DNA of 64,000 bases from a virus. Of the stretch, positions 36,985 to 45,486 are shown in pieces. Below the pieces are notes generated by a model. It was given only the letters and a program-made list of their open reading frames with translations. It ran no database searches and was not told where the DNA came from. A program made the position numbers and the translations under genes. Location: the IMG/VR virus record IMGVR_UViG_3300045988_122521; one strand, written 5' to 3'. Each line of letters begins with the position of its first letter. Positions within the stretch are counted from its first letter, which is position 1.

Positions 36985-38000
36985 TACTGCTCACCCTCCC
37001 CGAAGAATCCGGCGGAGTAGTCTCTGGCTTCTGCAGCGCTCTGTGCGCGTCTGCGGGCGGGGGGCGTGTCGTTGCTCCCCTTCGGCTCTGCGGTGCTCTC
37101 AGCAGACGCTGTGGGGGCGCCGGAAGACGTTCCCTGTTCTTCGGTGCGGTCCTCATCCTCCACCACGTGGCCGGTGGTGGGAATAACCGGCTCGGTCTCC
37201 ATCCCGTCTCCCGCGGCGATCACAGCGTCATCGCCGTCCTCACTGAAGTAACTGCGTACCTCGTTGCTCAGGGGTGCGTATCCGCTGTTGAGAAGCTGGC
37301 GGAGCATGGTCTTACGGCACATCTTGTCCTGCCCGCCGTTCACGTCGTACCACGGCGTACCGTTCAGCAGCTTGCTCTGCTCCTTGGCGTCCAACTCGCC
37401 GTTGATAAGTGCTTTGTACTTGTCCAGTTTGAAGGCCGGAGAATACCTGTCCGCGTGACGGAGCAGCTTGTCCATGCTCCAATACTCGTATCGGAATGTG
37501 CCGTCCTTCAGTTCGAAGTAGGCGTAATAGCCGATGACCTTGTGGGTCTCACGCTCCTCGTCCGTCTCGTACTTGGCCAGGTTGATGACCGGCTTACCCG
37601 TGCGGCGGGAACGCCCTTCCAGTTCGCCCTCGCGTACCTCCACGCAGTCGATGTCCGCGTAGTAGCCCGTGGACATCGCCAACTGTATGTATCCCTTATA
37701 GGCCAACAGATACGCGGCCATGCTGCCGTAGGGCACGATGTAGTAGCCGTGGCCGTAGATCAGACCCATGCCCTCGCCCCGCAGGCCCGCGGCAATGATG
37801 CTGCCTGGGTCACAGGCTTTCAGGGCTTCGCTGGCGCTCACAGCACCAATCAAAGTGCTGGTGAACCGTGCCGCCATTTTGTCGTTCTTCAGCGCCCGCG
37901 AGATCATCTGCTGCGTGTTGGGGGCCGTGATGGCCATGCTGAAAGTGGGCTTCTTGGCCTGCGCCATCTGCGCAAAGCCCGCCTGATTCTGTGTTTTCAT
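36984..38000 (-). CDS. recT: RecT-family single-strand annealing protein
   Basis: 338 aa with RecT core motifs (SIIAAGLRGEGMGL, YIVPYG, AYLLAYKGYIQL). Partnered with the YqaJ exonuclease. Confidence 0.8.
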   Translation of the reverse strand: MKTQNQAGFAQMAQAKKPTFSMAITAPNTQQMISRALKNDKMAARFTSTLIGAVSASEALKACDPGSIIAAGLRGEGMGLIYGHGYYIVPYGSMAAYLLAYKGYIQLAMSTGYYADIDCVEVREGELEGRSRRTGKPVINLAKYETDEERETHKVIGYYAYFELKDGTFRYEYWSMDKLLRHADRYSPAFKLDKYKALINGELDAKEQSKLLNGTPWYDVNGGQDKMCRKTMLRQLLNSGYAPLSNEVRSYFSEDGDDAVIAAGDGMETEPVIPTTGHVVEDEDRTEEQGTSSGAPTASAESTAEPKGSNDTPPARRRAQSAAEARDYSAGFFGEGEQ

Positions 38001-38015
38001 GCTCCTTCTCCTCCC

Positions 38016-38966
38016 TTACTCCTGCGGCACCGGCATAAACCGGATACCGTTCTTCTGCATATAGGCTTTCAGCCCGTCCAGCTGCCGCGCCGTTCCGAAT
38101 ACGCGGAAGTCCACCTTGTACTCGGGGACATTCGCGGCAGCGGGCATTTCGCAGCCATCCTCGTCCACAAGATCGTTGCCCTGCTGCGCCTGCTGGGGCT
38201 CCACCGTTCCTACGATTCCGACCACCTCGTACTCGTCCAACTCGCCGATGCACTCCGGCTTCAGCGGCGCTTTCTGCTGCTGCGCCGCCGCGTACTTCGC
38301 CGCAGCCTCTGCCTCCTTGCGCCTGCGCTCCTTCTCGGCGGCTTTCATGCGGCTCAGTGTTTCGTTTTTCACCAGCACCGCGCTGATGTTCCGGGTGCGG
38401 GTGTACTCCTCCAGCAGTGTGGTCTCAAAATCGCTGTGCAGCGCCCGGATGGCACTCAGGTCTGCGCGGCACTTATCAATGACCGCGCAGATGTCTGCCT
38501 GTGCCGTGCCCTCGGCGTAGGTGGCGTTCAGCCACTTGGGGTTGAAGCAGTCGTCAAAAGTCAGCCACTCCGCCATGTCGCCCACCACCTGGGCGAAGTA
38601 TGCGGCCAGTCGGCTCTTTTTCTCCTGCTTCACCGCCTCCTCCATCGCTTTGATCTGCACGTCCAGCGCGTTGGCGGTTTCCTCGCACAGAGCGGTCAGC
38701 TCCTTGCACTTGGACTCGAAGCTGCTGTATGCCTCCAGTGCCGCCGCCTTTGCCATCTTGCGGCTCTCGTCGATGCGGGCGCTGACTTTGCGTACCGCCG
38801 CGCGATACTGCTTGGCCTGTGACATGCTCTCTGCTGTCACGGCCATCGTCCGCAGGGGTTCCAGGTTCTCCGTCAGCCACGCTTTCGTCTCGTCGAAATT
38901 GGCTTCGATCTGGAACTGCCGCAGGGGGGCCAGGTCTGTGGTGATACGAAATTCCGCCGCGCTCAT
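38016..38966 (-). CDS. DUF1351-like protein
   Basis: Start refined to ATG 38966 (MSAAEFRITTDLAPL...). DUF1351-type proteins commonly sit beside recT in Firmicute phages. Confidence 0.5.
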   Translation of the reverse strand: MSAAEFRITTDLAPLRQFQIEANFDETKAWLTENLEPLRTMAVTAESMSQAKQYRAAVRKVSARIDESRKMAKAAALEAYSSFESKCKELTALCEETANALDVQIKAMEEAVKQEKKSRLAAYFAQVVGDMAEWLTFDDCFNPKWLNATYAEGTAQADICAVIDKCRADLSAIRALHSDFETTLLEEYTRTRNISAVLVKNETLSRMKAAEKERRRKEAEAAAKYAAAQQQKAPLKPECIGELDEYEVVGIVGTVEPQQAQQGNDLVDEDGCEMPAAANVPEYKVDFRVFGTARQLDGLKAYMQKNGIRFMPVPQE

Positions 38967-39199
38967 GCTGTCACCTCCGCGTCGTACTGGGTAATGTACT
39001 TCACCCTGTCCGCCCACCTAACGTCAATGACGCTCTCCGGCAGGTCCACTTCGGTAATGATGGCCTTCTTCGGGTCTCCCTCGCCGCCAGGTGCCAGAAC
39101 CTTGTCTCCCGCTTTCAAAGGGAGGTCAGTGCGGAACGTGTAGGATCTTCCACCATAGCCGTTCATCTGCGGCTTGTAGTACATCGCCTTGACGATCAT
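38963..39199 (-). CDS. Hypothetical protein
   Basis: 78 aa, RBS GGAGGAGGTG. Confidence 0.5.
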   Translation of the reverse strand: MIVKAMYYKPQMNGYGGRSYTFRTDLPLKAGDKVLAPGGEGDPKKAIITEVDLPESVIDVRWADRVKYITQYDAEVTA

Positions 39200-39546
39200 G
39201 CCTGCACCTCCTCCGCACCGCAGTGCGCCTTGATACTGCTGGACATCTCTTCGGTCTCGCCCTCCACATCTACAAGGGAGTCTCCCATAACCCCCATCTT
39301 GACGAGTGTATAGGCCATTCGCACAGCCGCGTCATCGGTGCAGTTCTTCTTGACGGCGCGGTCTACGCCGTCAAGGCACTGCGCAAGCATGACAATGCTC
39401 AGGTTCTCGCCTCTCGTTGTAGCTTGAAACTCCAAGCCGTCATCCTTTTTACGCCCATAAGCCATCATGGCGAAATCCAGGTTATCCTGCTCACACAGCA
39501 CCTCGCCGGTCTCTGCGTTAGTCATCGTCATTTTCAGTTTCATCAT
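39196..39546 (-). CDS. Hypothetical protein
   Basis: 116 aa, RBS GAAGGAGGA. Confidence 0.5.
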   Translation of the reverse strand: MMKLKMTMTNAETGEVLCEQDNLDFAMMAYGRKKDDGLEFQATTRGENLSIVMLAQCLDGVDRAVKKNCTDDAAVRMAYTLVKMGVMGDSLVDVEGETEEMSSSIKAHCGAEEVQA

Positions 39547-39902
39547 TTGTCCTCCTTCTTGGACACGCTCTTGCCGCTCTTGCGGGAAGCAGGCTTCTTC
39601 TTATCAGCAGGTTCCTTCACCGCCTGCGCCGCGGCCCATGCCGCGTCATCCTCGTCCATCTTCTGGCGGATACGTCCATCCGCGTCGGTGATATGCTTCA
39701 CCGAGCTTTCCGCCAGGCGAACCAGCAGCCCCGCCGTGCCAATAGGCACGTTCTCCGCCACATAGGCGGTGGCGGTCCCGTCGTACTTGTCCTCCTCTCC
39801 CTCCTTGGGCATCACCACTGCGCAGATCACGCCGCAGGCGTTCCGCACGAATACGCGTTCCTCGCCGCTGTCCATGTCCAGCACGGTCACTCGAAATGCC
39901 AT
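39543..39902 (-). CDS. Hypothetical protein with Lys-rich tail
   Basis: Start refined to ATG 39902 (MAFRVTVLDMD, RBS AAAGGAGA). Confidence 0.5.
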   Translation of the reverse strand: MAFRVTVLDMDSGEERVFVRNACGVICAVVMPKEGEEDKYDGTATAYVAENVPIGTAGLLVRLAESSVKHITDADGRIRQKMDEDDAAWAAAQAVKEPADKKKPASRKSGKSVSKKEDK

Positions 39903-39921
39903 GTCTGTCTCCTTTCGTTTT

Positions 39922-40650
39922 TCAAAGTCGTAATATTGCCGCAGGGGGAACCCCTGTAAGCACATTGTTCTGGTAGAAGCCCGTCTCCTGCTCCAGCAGC
40001 CATGCCATATTCGACGCCTGCTCCGTCCCCTCGAAGTGATAGGTGCGTATGCTCAGGTCGCCGTCCATGTTCTCCAGACTTGCCATCAGGTCTACGAACT
40101 CGTACCCAGTCGCCAGCATTTGGTGGAGTATCTGGCAAAAATAGTTGCTGGGAATCTGCCCATCCCACTTCGCCCACCCTGCCTTGCCATTGGGTGAGCT
40201 GGTTTTTATCTCCAAAACACCTTTCCGCCCGTGCTCGTCGGTGATCTCGCCGTCCAGTGTGGCGAATATGTAAGGCCGCTCCGCCTGATACAGAATGTCG
40301 TAGGGGAAGTAATCCACCGTGCAGTTGGGGTGCATGGCGGCGTACAGGCTGCGCAATGCCGGTTCCATCCGCACACCTCGGCTCACCGCCGCGCTGCCGC
40401 TCAGGTCCCTTGCTTTCTCTGCGCCCACTTTCAGCCGCCACAGTTCCAGTTTCGACATCCACGGGGACATCCCCACCACCGCGGCAGCTTCACTGGCGCC
40501 GATGCCCTGCATCCGTCCTTCCAGCCATTCCTCCCTGGTCTCAAAGTGCAGTCGCTCCGTTTCCTCCATCTCCTTCCTGCAAACAAAAAGAGCGCCGCCA
40601 AACAGTTCGGAATTTCCGAACCACTCGACGACGCTCCGCCCTTCTGCCAA
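39922..40650 (-). CDS. YqaJ-like viral recombinase exonuclease
   Basis: EEWLEGRMQGIGASEAAAVVGMSPW...ATLDGEI...GVLEIKT. Start is uncertain (TTG 40650 or ATG 40569). Confidence 0.75.
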   Translation of the reverse strand: MAEGRSVVEWFGNSELFGGALFVCRKEMEETERLHFETREEWLEGRMQGIGASEAAAVVGMSPWMSKLELWRLKVGAEKARDLSGSAAVSRGVRMEPALRSLYAAMHPNCTVDYFPYDILYQAERPYIFATLDGEITDEHGRKGVLEIKTSSPNGKAGWAKWDGQIPSNYFCQILHQMLATGYEFVDLMASLENMDGDLSIRTYHFEGTEQASNMAWLLEQETGFYQNNVLTGVPPAAILRL

Positions 40651-40670
40651 ACTGACTTATGGCAGGTACG

Positions 40671-40805
40671 CTATTTGGTTTTTACCTCTGCCCTGCTAAC
40701 CTTAACGATTTTCACGCCATCCTTTAGGGGTATCAGTTCAATGCGAAAGTTCTTCGCCAGTGCCGCATTGATCGCCGCGACCTGCTCCGCTGTTATTCCT
40801 GCCAT
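40671..40805 (-). CDS. Small hypothetical protein
   Basis: Start refined to ATG 40805 (RBS GGGAAAGGAAG), 44 aa. Confidence 0.4.
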   Translation of the reverse strand: MAGITAEQVAAINAALAKNFRIELIPLKDGVKIVKVSRAEVKTK

Positions 40806-40821
40806 CTTTTCTTCCTTTCCC

Positions 40822-41010
40822 TCACTCAAAAAGCCCCAGGGCTTTACAGCTTGTCCACACGCCCACAAGGGCGAATCCCGCGAGAAGCAGCAGCCATAAC
40901 GAGCCGCCGTTCTCCACTTCTCCGATGACGCCCCACGCCAGAAATGCGCTCACGCCCAGCAGAATCTTCCACTTCCGGCCGCGCCGGCGCTCATTCCGCG
41001 TCCTGCTCAT
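40822..41010 (-). CDS. Small membrane protein
   Basis: 62 aa, two hydrophobic helices, RBS GGAGGAGG. Confidence 0.5.
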   Translation of the reverse strand: MSRTRNERRRGRKWKILLGVSAFLAWGVIGEVENGGSLWLLLLAGFALVGVWTSCKALGLFE

Positions 41011-41161
41011 CCTCAGCCTCCTCCATGTAATCCTCTCCGCACACGGGGCAAAGATATTCTCTGCGTGTTTCCCAGCCGTTTTCCCCGTCCAGGTTCTCTT
41101 TCGTCACGCAGACCACCGGCGTGTCAAATTTCACGCCGCAGATCAAACACCGCCAGCTCAT
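40991..41161 (-). CDS. Zinc-ribbon small protein
   Basis: Start refined to ATG 41161 (MSWRCLICGV...CPVCGEDY). Confidence 0.5.
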   Translation of the reverse strand: MSWRCLICGVKFDTPVVCVTKENLDGENGWETRREYLCPVCGEDYMEEAEDEQDAE

Positions 41162-41403
41162 AGCGTTATGGCGGCGCGAAGGTCTTCGATGGGGATGTGC
41201 AGTTTGCGGCAAGCCTTTTGCAGCTCGCCCAGCGTGAAGTCCAGTGGGGATTTCCTACGACGAAGCAGCGTGTGCGGCTTCATGCCCAGTGCCTCGGCCA
41301 GCTCCTGCTTCTGAACGCCCTCCCGTTCCAGTGCGCCGTACAGCAGCGTCACGATCTTGTCCTCCGTGGGATTCTTTGTGTCCAAATACGTCACTCTCGG
41401 CAT
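41158..41403 (-). CDS. Small HTH-like protein
   Basis: Start refined to ATG 41403 (RBS AGGAGGGTG), 81 aa. Confidence 0.5.
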   Translation of the reverse strand: MPRVTYLDTKNPTEDKIVTLLYGALEREGVQKQELAEALGMKPHTLLRRRKSPLDFTLGELQKACRKLHIPIEDLRAAITL

Positions 41404-42191
41404 ACCTGCACCCTCCTGTCCATGACCGCCTCGATGCCACGGGCGGTCAAAATTTCGTGGATCATGAGCCGCCCCTTTTGCGTCCACTGCGTCTGCATGA
41501 TGGTGTCGGGTCGTCCATCAGAGCGGATGATCTGGATGGTCTTGGACTTGGTATAGCCCCTGCCCATGTGCTTGGCGTACAAAAGCCACTGACCATTCAC
41601 ATTCCGCTGGATACCGCCGTCGTGGAGTATCTTGTTGAGTTTCTGCGCCGTCAGGCCGTAATCCGCCGCGATTTGCGAGGTAGCCATTGTTCCCTTACTC
41701 TCCAAGATGGTGTCCACATACTGCCGGATGGGTTCAAAGTCAGCGATAACCTGTGCCTGCTGCTGGTTCTCCACAAGGAGCCGCAGTTTTGCTTCTTCCG
41801 CATCCGCCAAGGCGCGGAGGGCGGCGGGGTAATCCTTGGGCAGCGCATAGCCGCCGGTCTTGCGGATAGATGGCAGGACTTCCTTTGTTACCCAGTCCGT
41901 GAATTTCTCCGCCGTGGGAAGTTTGGAGCTAAACACGAGGCGGTACAAGTCGCTCTCCGGGATGAAAGACATTTCCGACTTTTGTTCTGTTGTTACACCA
42001 TGTTGGTTTGTGGTCAAGGAGACCCCGTCGCGTTTCACGACACCCCTACAATGGCGGGAAATGGCATCGCGGGGGTTGCTGTATCCCAGTGCCCGCGCCG
42101 TGTCAGTGGCGCAGAAAAGGATAATACCGTTTTCCTCGATGGTGCGAATGCTGCCGAACTCCGGGTTATTGAATACCTGCATCTCGTTCAT
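41391..42191 (-). CDS. ant: Antirepressor (BRO-N + KilAC domains)
   Basis: MQVFNNPEFGSIRTIEENGIILFCATDTARALGYSNPRDAI is a BRO-N signature, with a C-terminal KilAC-like region. Confidence 0.8.
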   Translation of the reverse strand: MNEMQVFNNPEFGSIRTIEENGIILFCATDTARALGYSNPRDAISRHCRGVVKRDGVSLTTNQHGVTTEQKSEMSFIPESDLYRLVFSSKLPTAEKFTDWVTKEVLPSIRKTGGYALPKDYPAALRALADAEEAKLRLLVENQQQAQVIADFEPIRQYVDTILESKGTMATSQIAADYGLTAQKLNKILHDGGIQRNVNGQWLLYAKHMGRGYTKSKTIQIIRSDGRPDTIMQTQWTQKGRLMIHEILTARGIEAVMDRRVQVCRE

Positions 42192-42391
42192 TTCGTAAGC
42201 CCTCCCCTGAGAAGTTCGTCTATCGTGCAGCCGTACATATCCGAAATCTTCAGTAACGTATCTGCCGAAGGCTTATACAAGTCACATTCCCAACTGGATA
42301 CGGTTACGCGACTTACTCCAAGTTTTGCCGCAGCCTCTTCTTGAGAAAGGCCCGCCTTAATGCGCGCCAGTTTGAAACCATTTACTTTCAA
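42188..42391 (-). CDS. Cro-like XRE HTH regulator
   Basis: TTG start with RBS TAGGAGAGTG. LARIKAGLSQEEAAAKLGVSRVTVSSWE is a classic HTH. Divergent from the cI-like gene. Confidence 0.8.
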   Translation of the reverse strand: MKVNGFKLARIKAGLSQEEAAAKLGVSRVTVSSWECDLYKPSADTLLKISDMYGCTIDELLRGGLTK

Positions 42392-42646
42392 TTCTTCACT
42401 CTCCTAACCTTTTTCACTTCGCGCAACAAAGCTTTGCTTAGCGCGGCTTGACAATTTGCTAAGAATGTGATTTAATACAGTTTGTCTGGAACCATATTTA
42501 ACGCAATCTTTGCATCACTGCATCCGCTTCGTATGCGCCTTGCTTTTCACTTCGCATACTTAGTATATCACTTCGTATTGCTAAGTCAAGGGGTTTGGGA
42601 GAGGTTGCGTCCGTTTCTATATTTTGCACAAAAAAGGAGCCAATTT
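42392..42646. promoter_or_regulatory. Lysis/lysogeny switch region with divergent promoters and repeated operator-like boxes
   Basis: TTGACA(42448)-17-TTTAAT with upstream TG. TTGGGA(42595)-17-TATATT(42618). CACTTCG boxes at 42415, 42548 and 42569. CTTAG/CTAAG inverted pairs. Confidence 0.6.
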
Positions 42647-42994
42647 ATGGACATTACGACAATGCTCTACCGCATAGACTGCCTTGTAAAAGCCAAGGGG
42701 TGGACGAAGGAGGAATTTTACGCGATGGTGCCTATTTCTTCCTCCGCCGTTGCCCAGTGGAAAAGCAAAGGCCGTGTGCCAAAAGACGTCAATATCTTGC
42801 GTATGGCCGAGATTTTGGAGGTTGACCCTGATTATTTGCGCTGTAAAGACCTTAAGGAAAGCACAAAGCCCGCAGATCTTTCGACCAACGAGCTTCATGC
42901 CGCACTTATGAATGTCCTTATAGGGCTTTCCACCAGCGAAGTAGCAGACGTTATTTCTTATGCTGCAAAGCTAAGAGCATCTCATAAAGACTAA
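42647..42994 (+). CDS. cI-like repressor (XRE HTH)
   Basis: ATG 42647 (RBS AAAGGAG). WTKEEFYAMVPISSSAVAQWKSKGRVP HTH. Divergent from the cro-like gene. Confidence 0.75.
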   Translation: MDITTMLYRIDCLVKAKGWTKEEFYAMVPISSSAVAQWKSKGRVPKDVNILRMAEILEVDPDYLRCKDLKESTKPADLSTNELHAALMNVLIGLSTSEVADVISYAAKLRASHKD

Positions 42995-43224
42995 TCATAT
43001 CTTCTCTTGTCATTCCGTCCAACAATTTCCTTGCTTCCTGTTCGTTCATTTCTCTACCCCCCTCGTATGTCGTTTTGTGGCGTCTGCTTGGTTCAATCGT
43101 ACTCTATGTGCGCCACGGTGTCTACGTTCATTTTGGGGAATCGCTCCCCGATTTGGGTAATTGTCCCCCAAATATGGGCTTTTATGGATGAAATAGTATC
43201 CGTTACCGAAGAAAGGGGAAAATC

Positions 43225-43836
43225 ATGTCAGAAATTCAGGAACTTGCACAGCATATTCAGGACTTCCCTGCCCTTGTCCATAAAGCCAGAATGGATAAGG
43301 GCATCACCAACGAGGAACTGGCCGAACTGTCCGGCATCAGCTATTCCGCCGTCTGCAAAATGCAGTCCGGTGAGCGCGATCCAAAACTGTACGATGCTGT
43401 CGCGGTGATGAAAGCCGTCGGCATATCCGCCGACCAAGTGTTTGACATCCAGCCTCCCGCATCAGCTCCGTCCGCCATGCAGGAACGCATCCACGAGCTG
43501 GAGTTGGATAACGCCGTCAGCTCCGGCGACGTGGTGCGCCTGAAGCAGGTCAACGGACTTTGCACCCAGCGCTTGGATGCCGTTATCCGCCAGCGCGATC
43601 ATTACAAACGCTGGTCTGTGTTTTCTTCAATTTTTTCCGCGATCCTATCCCTGTTCTTAATTGTTTATCTTCTTTTCGACTTCCGCAATCCCCATGCCGG
43701 TTTCATCCTCCGAGACGGACCTTCAGCGTTTGCGTGGCTTGTCATCCTCCTTGTGTCTATTTCTATCGGCGTGTGCAGCATTGTCGGATACTGCGTGCTG
43801 CGCGATACTGCAAAGAAGACCTCACTCCGAAAATAG
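43225..43836 (+). CDS. Membrane-anchored XRE HTH protein
   Basis: N-terminal HTH (ITNEELAELSGISYSAVCKMQSGE), central coiled coil, two C-terminal TM helices. Confidence 0.7.
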   Translation: MSEIQELAQHIQDFPALVHKARMDKGITNEELAELSGISYSAVCKMQSGERDPKLYDAVAVMKAVGISADQVFDIQPPASAPSAMQERIHELELDNAVSSGDVVRLKQVNGLCTQRLDAVIRQRDHYKRWSVFSSIFSAILSLFLIVYLLFDFRNPHAGFILRDGPSAFAWLVILLVSISIGVCSIVGYCVLRDTAKKTSLRK

Positions 43837-43936
43837 AACGGCAGTTCTACCGCGTTCTACATTATATTCCACAAGTTCATTGGATTCGATGAACAATTTT
43901 CACAAGTTTCTTGTTAATTTTTGCCAAAAAAAGAGA

Positions 43937-43960
43937 AAGCCGCCCAATCGGACGGCTTTT
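43937..43960 (+). terminator. Terminator-like hairpin after the HTH-TM gene
   Basis: AAGCCG-10 nt-CGGCTT followed by TT. Confidence 0.45.
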
Positions 43961-44044
43961 CCATATAAGCTCTATTCCCGCCAACACCATCACGAGTCTT
44001 AAAGAAAGGAGCCTACAACAGTAGGGTAACACAAAAATATCAAA

Positions 44045-45199
44045 ATGTCAACGAAGTGCAAGTCCTGTAAGCGCGAAGTCCCCGACAACGCTACGTTCTG
44101 CCCCTGGTGCGGTCAGAAGCAGGTGCGGGAGCGCAAAAAGGACGGTATTATCAAAGTCCCGGAGCCCAAACAGCTTCCTTCCGGCAACTGGCATATCTAT
44201 CTCGCCGCCGAAAAGCGATCTGTCACCGAAACGACAAAAGACCGATGTATTGCAAAAGCAAAAGCCGTCCGCGCAGGTTTTGTGGAGCAGCAAAAGAAAC
44301 TGCCGGCCTTAACATGGTCTAAGGCCATAGATCAATATATTGCCGACCGTTCCGAGTCTCTTTCCCCTGAAACTATACGAGGATACCGAATCATTCAGCG
44401 AAATCGCTTTCAGGACATTATGCAAAAGCCTATAAGCACACCAGTCAACTGGCAAGCGGAAATCAATGCCGCACTTTCCGTTCTGGCCGATAAGTCCGTA
44501 AAAAACGCATGGGGACTTATGACTACCGTTATGCAAGCAAACGAAATGACGGTTCCCCGCGTCCTGTTCCCTGTGCCGGAAAAGCGCGAGCGCCAGTTTC
44601 TTGACCCCCAACAGATCATTGCGTTTTGCGATGCGGCAAAAGGTGATTCCTGTGAGATTCCCATGCTGCTGGGGCTTCACGGCTTGCGAATGTCTGAAAT
44701 TAAGGCGCTGCGTTTCCCAGAGAGTTTTGACATCAAGAACGGCAATGTTCTTATTTCCGGCGCTGTCGTACGCGACGAGCACAACAAAGAGGTTTTCAAA
44801 AGGCGCAACAAAACAAAGCAGTCCACCAGAATAATTCCAATCATGATCCCGCGCCTTAGAGAGTTGCTTGAGCTGCAAAGGGAAAGCGGCTACATTGTAC
44901 GACAAATGCCCAGTACCATTAACCGGCACATACACATTATCGCTGAAAAAGCGGGACTGCCCAGCATCACAGAGCATTGCTTGCGCCACTCCTTTGCATC
45001 CCTTGGCTACCACTTGCGCCTTTCGGAAATCGAAGTCATGAGCATGGGGGGATGGTCGGACAGTTCTACCGTCCATAACATTTACCTGCACCTCGCCCAG
45101 CGGGACCGTCTGAAAGCGGAAAACAAGATGGCGAAATTCTACCGTACCGCAGAGAAACTTCCCGCCGCCCACGGCACAAACCAAGAGCAAAAGAGATGA
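44045..45199 (+). CDS. int: Tyrosine integrase with N-terminal zinc ribbon
   Basis: CKSCKREV..CPWCG. C-terminal catalytic signature HCLRHSFAS...GGW..S.V..IYLH. Confidence 0.9.
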   Translation: MSTKCKSCKREVPDNATFCPWCGQKQVRERKKDGIIKVPEPKQLPSGNWHIYLAAEKRSVTETTKDRCIAKAKAVRAGFVEQQKKLPALTWSKAIDQYIADRSESLSPETIRGYRIIQRNRFQDIMQKPISTPVNWQAEINAALSVLADKSVKNAWGLMTTVMQANEMTVPRVLFPVPEKRERQFLDPQQIIAFCDAAKGDSCEIPMLLGLHGLRMSEIKALRFPESFDIKNGNVLISGAVVRDEHNKEVFKRRNKTKQSTRIIPIMIPRLRELLELQRESGYIVRQMPSTINRHIHIIAEKAGLPSITEHCLRHSFASLGYHLRLSEIEVMSMGGWSDSSTVHNIYLHLAQRDRLKAENKMAKFYRTAEKLPAAHGTNQEQKR

Positions 45200-45216
45200 T
45201 TTTCGATATGAATTTC
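45200..45216 (+). repeat. Arm-type repeat TTTTCGATATGAATTTC (copy 1)
   Basis: Exact 17-mer recurs at 45431-45447, where CGATATGAA is tandemly repeated. Confidence 0.6.
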
Positions 45217-45236
45217 AATACGCCAAAAACAAACCC

Positions 45237-45249
45237 TGTATTCATGCGG
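45237..45249 (+). repeat. Repeat TGTATTCATGCGG (copy 1)
   Basis: Exact 13-mer recurs at 45338-45350. Both copies are followed by TTTT..CAGGG. Confidence 0.6.
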
Positions 45250-45267
45250 TTTTTAAGCCGTTTTTCA

Positions 45268-45294
45268 GGGGTTCAAGTCCCCCCACTCCGACCA
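45268..45294 (+). other. tRNA 3'-end fragment (T arm + acceptor + CCA), probable att core
   Basis: GGGGTTCAAGTCCCCCCACTCCGACCA. No matching 5' half (CGGAGTG...) lies upstream, so this is not a complete tRNA. Confidence 0.75.
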
Positions 45295-45307
45295 TAAAAA
45301 GGAGATG

Positions 45308-45336
45308 CCCGCAACCGTTGTGGTTGCGGGTTTTTC
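45308..45336 (+). terminator. Rho-independent terminator after the tRNA fragment / int
   Basis: CCCGCAACC-GTTG-(T)GGTTGCGGG followed by T5. Confidence 0.65.
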
Positions 45337-45337
45337 T

Positions 45338-45350
45338 TGTATTCATGCGG
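45338..45350 (+). repeat. Repeat TGTATTCATGCGG (copy 2)
   Basis: See 45237-45249. Confidence 0.6.
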
Positions 45351-45430
45351 GTTTTCAGGGTTTTGCAAAAAACCATCTTTTGCCGAAGCAGTCTAAAAAA
45401 CGCCGCTCATATTCAAAAAATAATCAGTAA

Positions 45431-45455
45431 TTTTCGATATGAATTTCGATATGAA
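45431..45455 (+). repeat. Arm-type repeat TTTTCGATATGAATTTC + CGATATGAA (copies 2-3)
   Basis: See 45200-45216. Confidence 0.6.
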
Positions 45456-45485
45456 AAACCAGCCCCGTTGTCGGAGCTGGTTTTC
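45454..45485. terminator. Bidirectional terminator
   Basis: A5-CCAGC-CCCGTTGTCGGA-GCTGG-T4. Ends the minus-strand operon (stop 45487). Confidence 0.6.
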
Positions 45486-45486
45486 T

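Larger units (their letters stand above)
1..45294. mobile_element. Temperate tailed-phage genome / prophage (left end runs off the window)
   Basis: Collinear minus-strand modules cro-ant-YqaJ/RecT-SSB-DnaD-like-DnaB-MTases-terminase-portal-capsid-tape measure. Divergent cI-like repressor and tyrosine integrase lie next to a tRNA 3'-end fragment. Confidence 0.85.

Noticed and set aside
42951-43049. 32-aa minus-strand ORF (MNEQEARKLLDGMTREDMISLYEMLLALQHKK) with RBS GAGGGGGG, overlapping the 3' end of the cI-like gene
   Set aside because: Very short, convergent overlap with a solid gene, no recognisable Xis-like features. Possible but unsupported.
45212-45294. A complete tRNA gene downstream of int
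   Set aside because: Only the T arm, acceptor 3' strand and CCA are present. The upstream 60 nt are T-rich and cannot form acceptor, D or anticodon arms.
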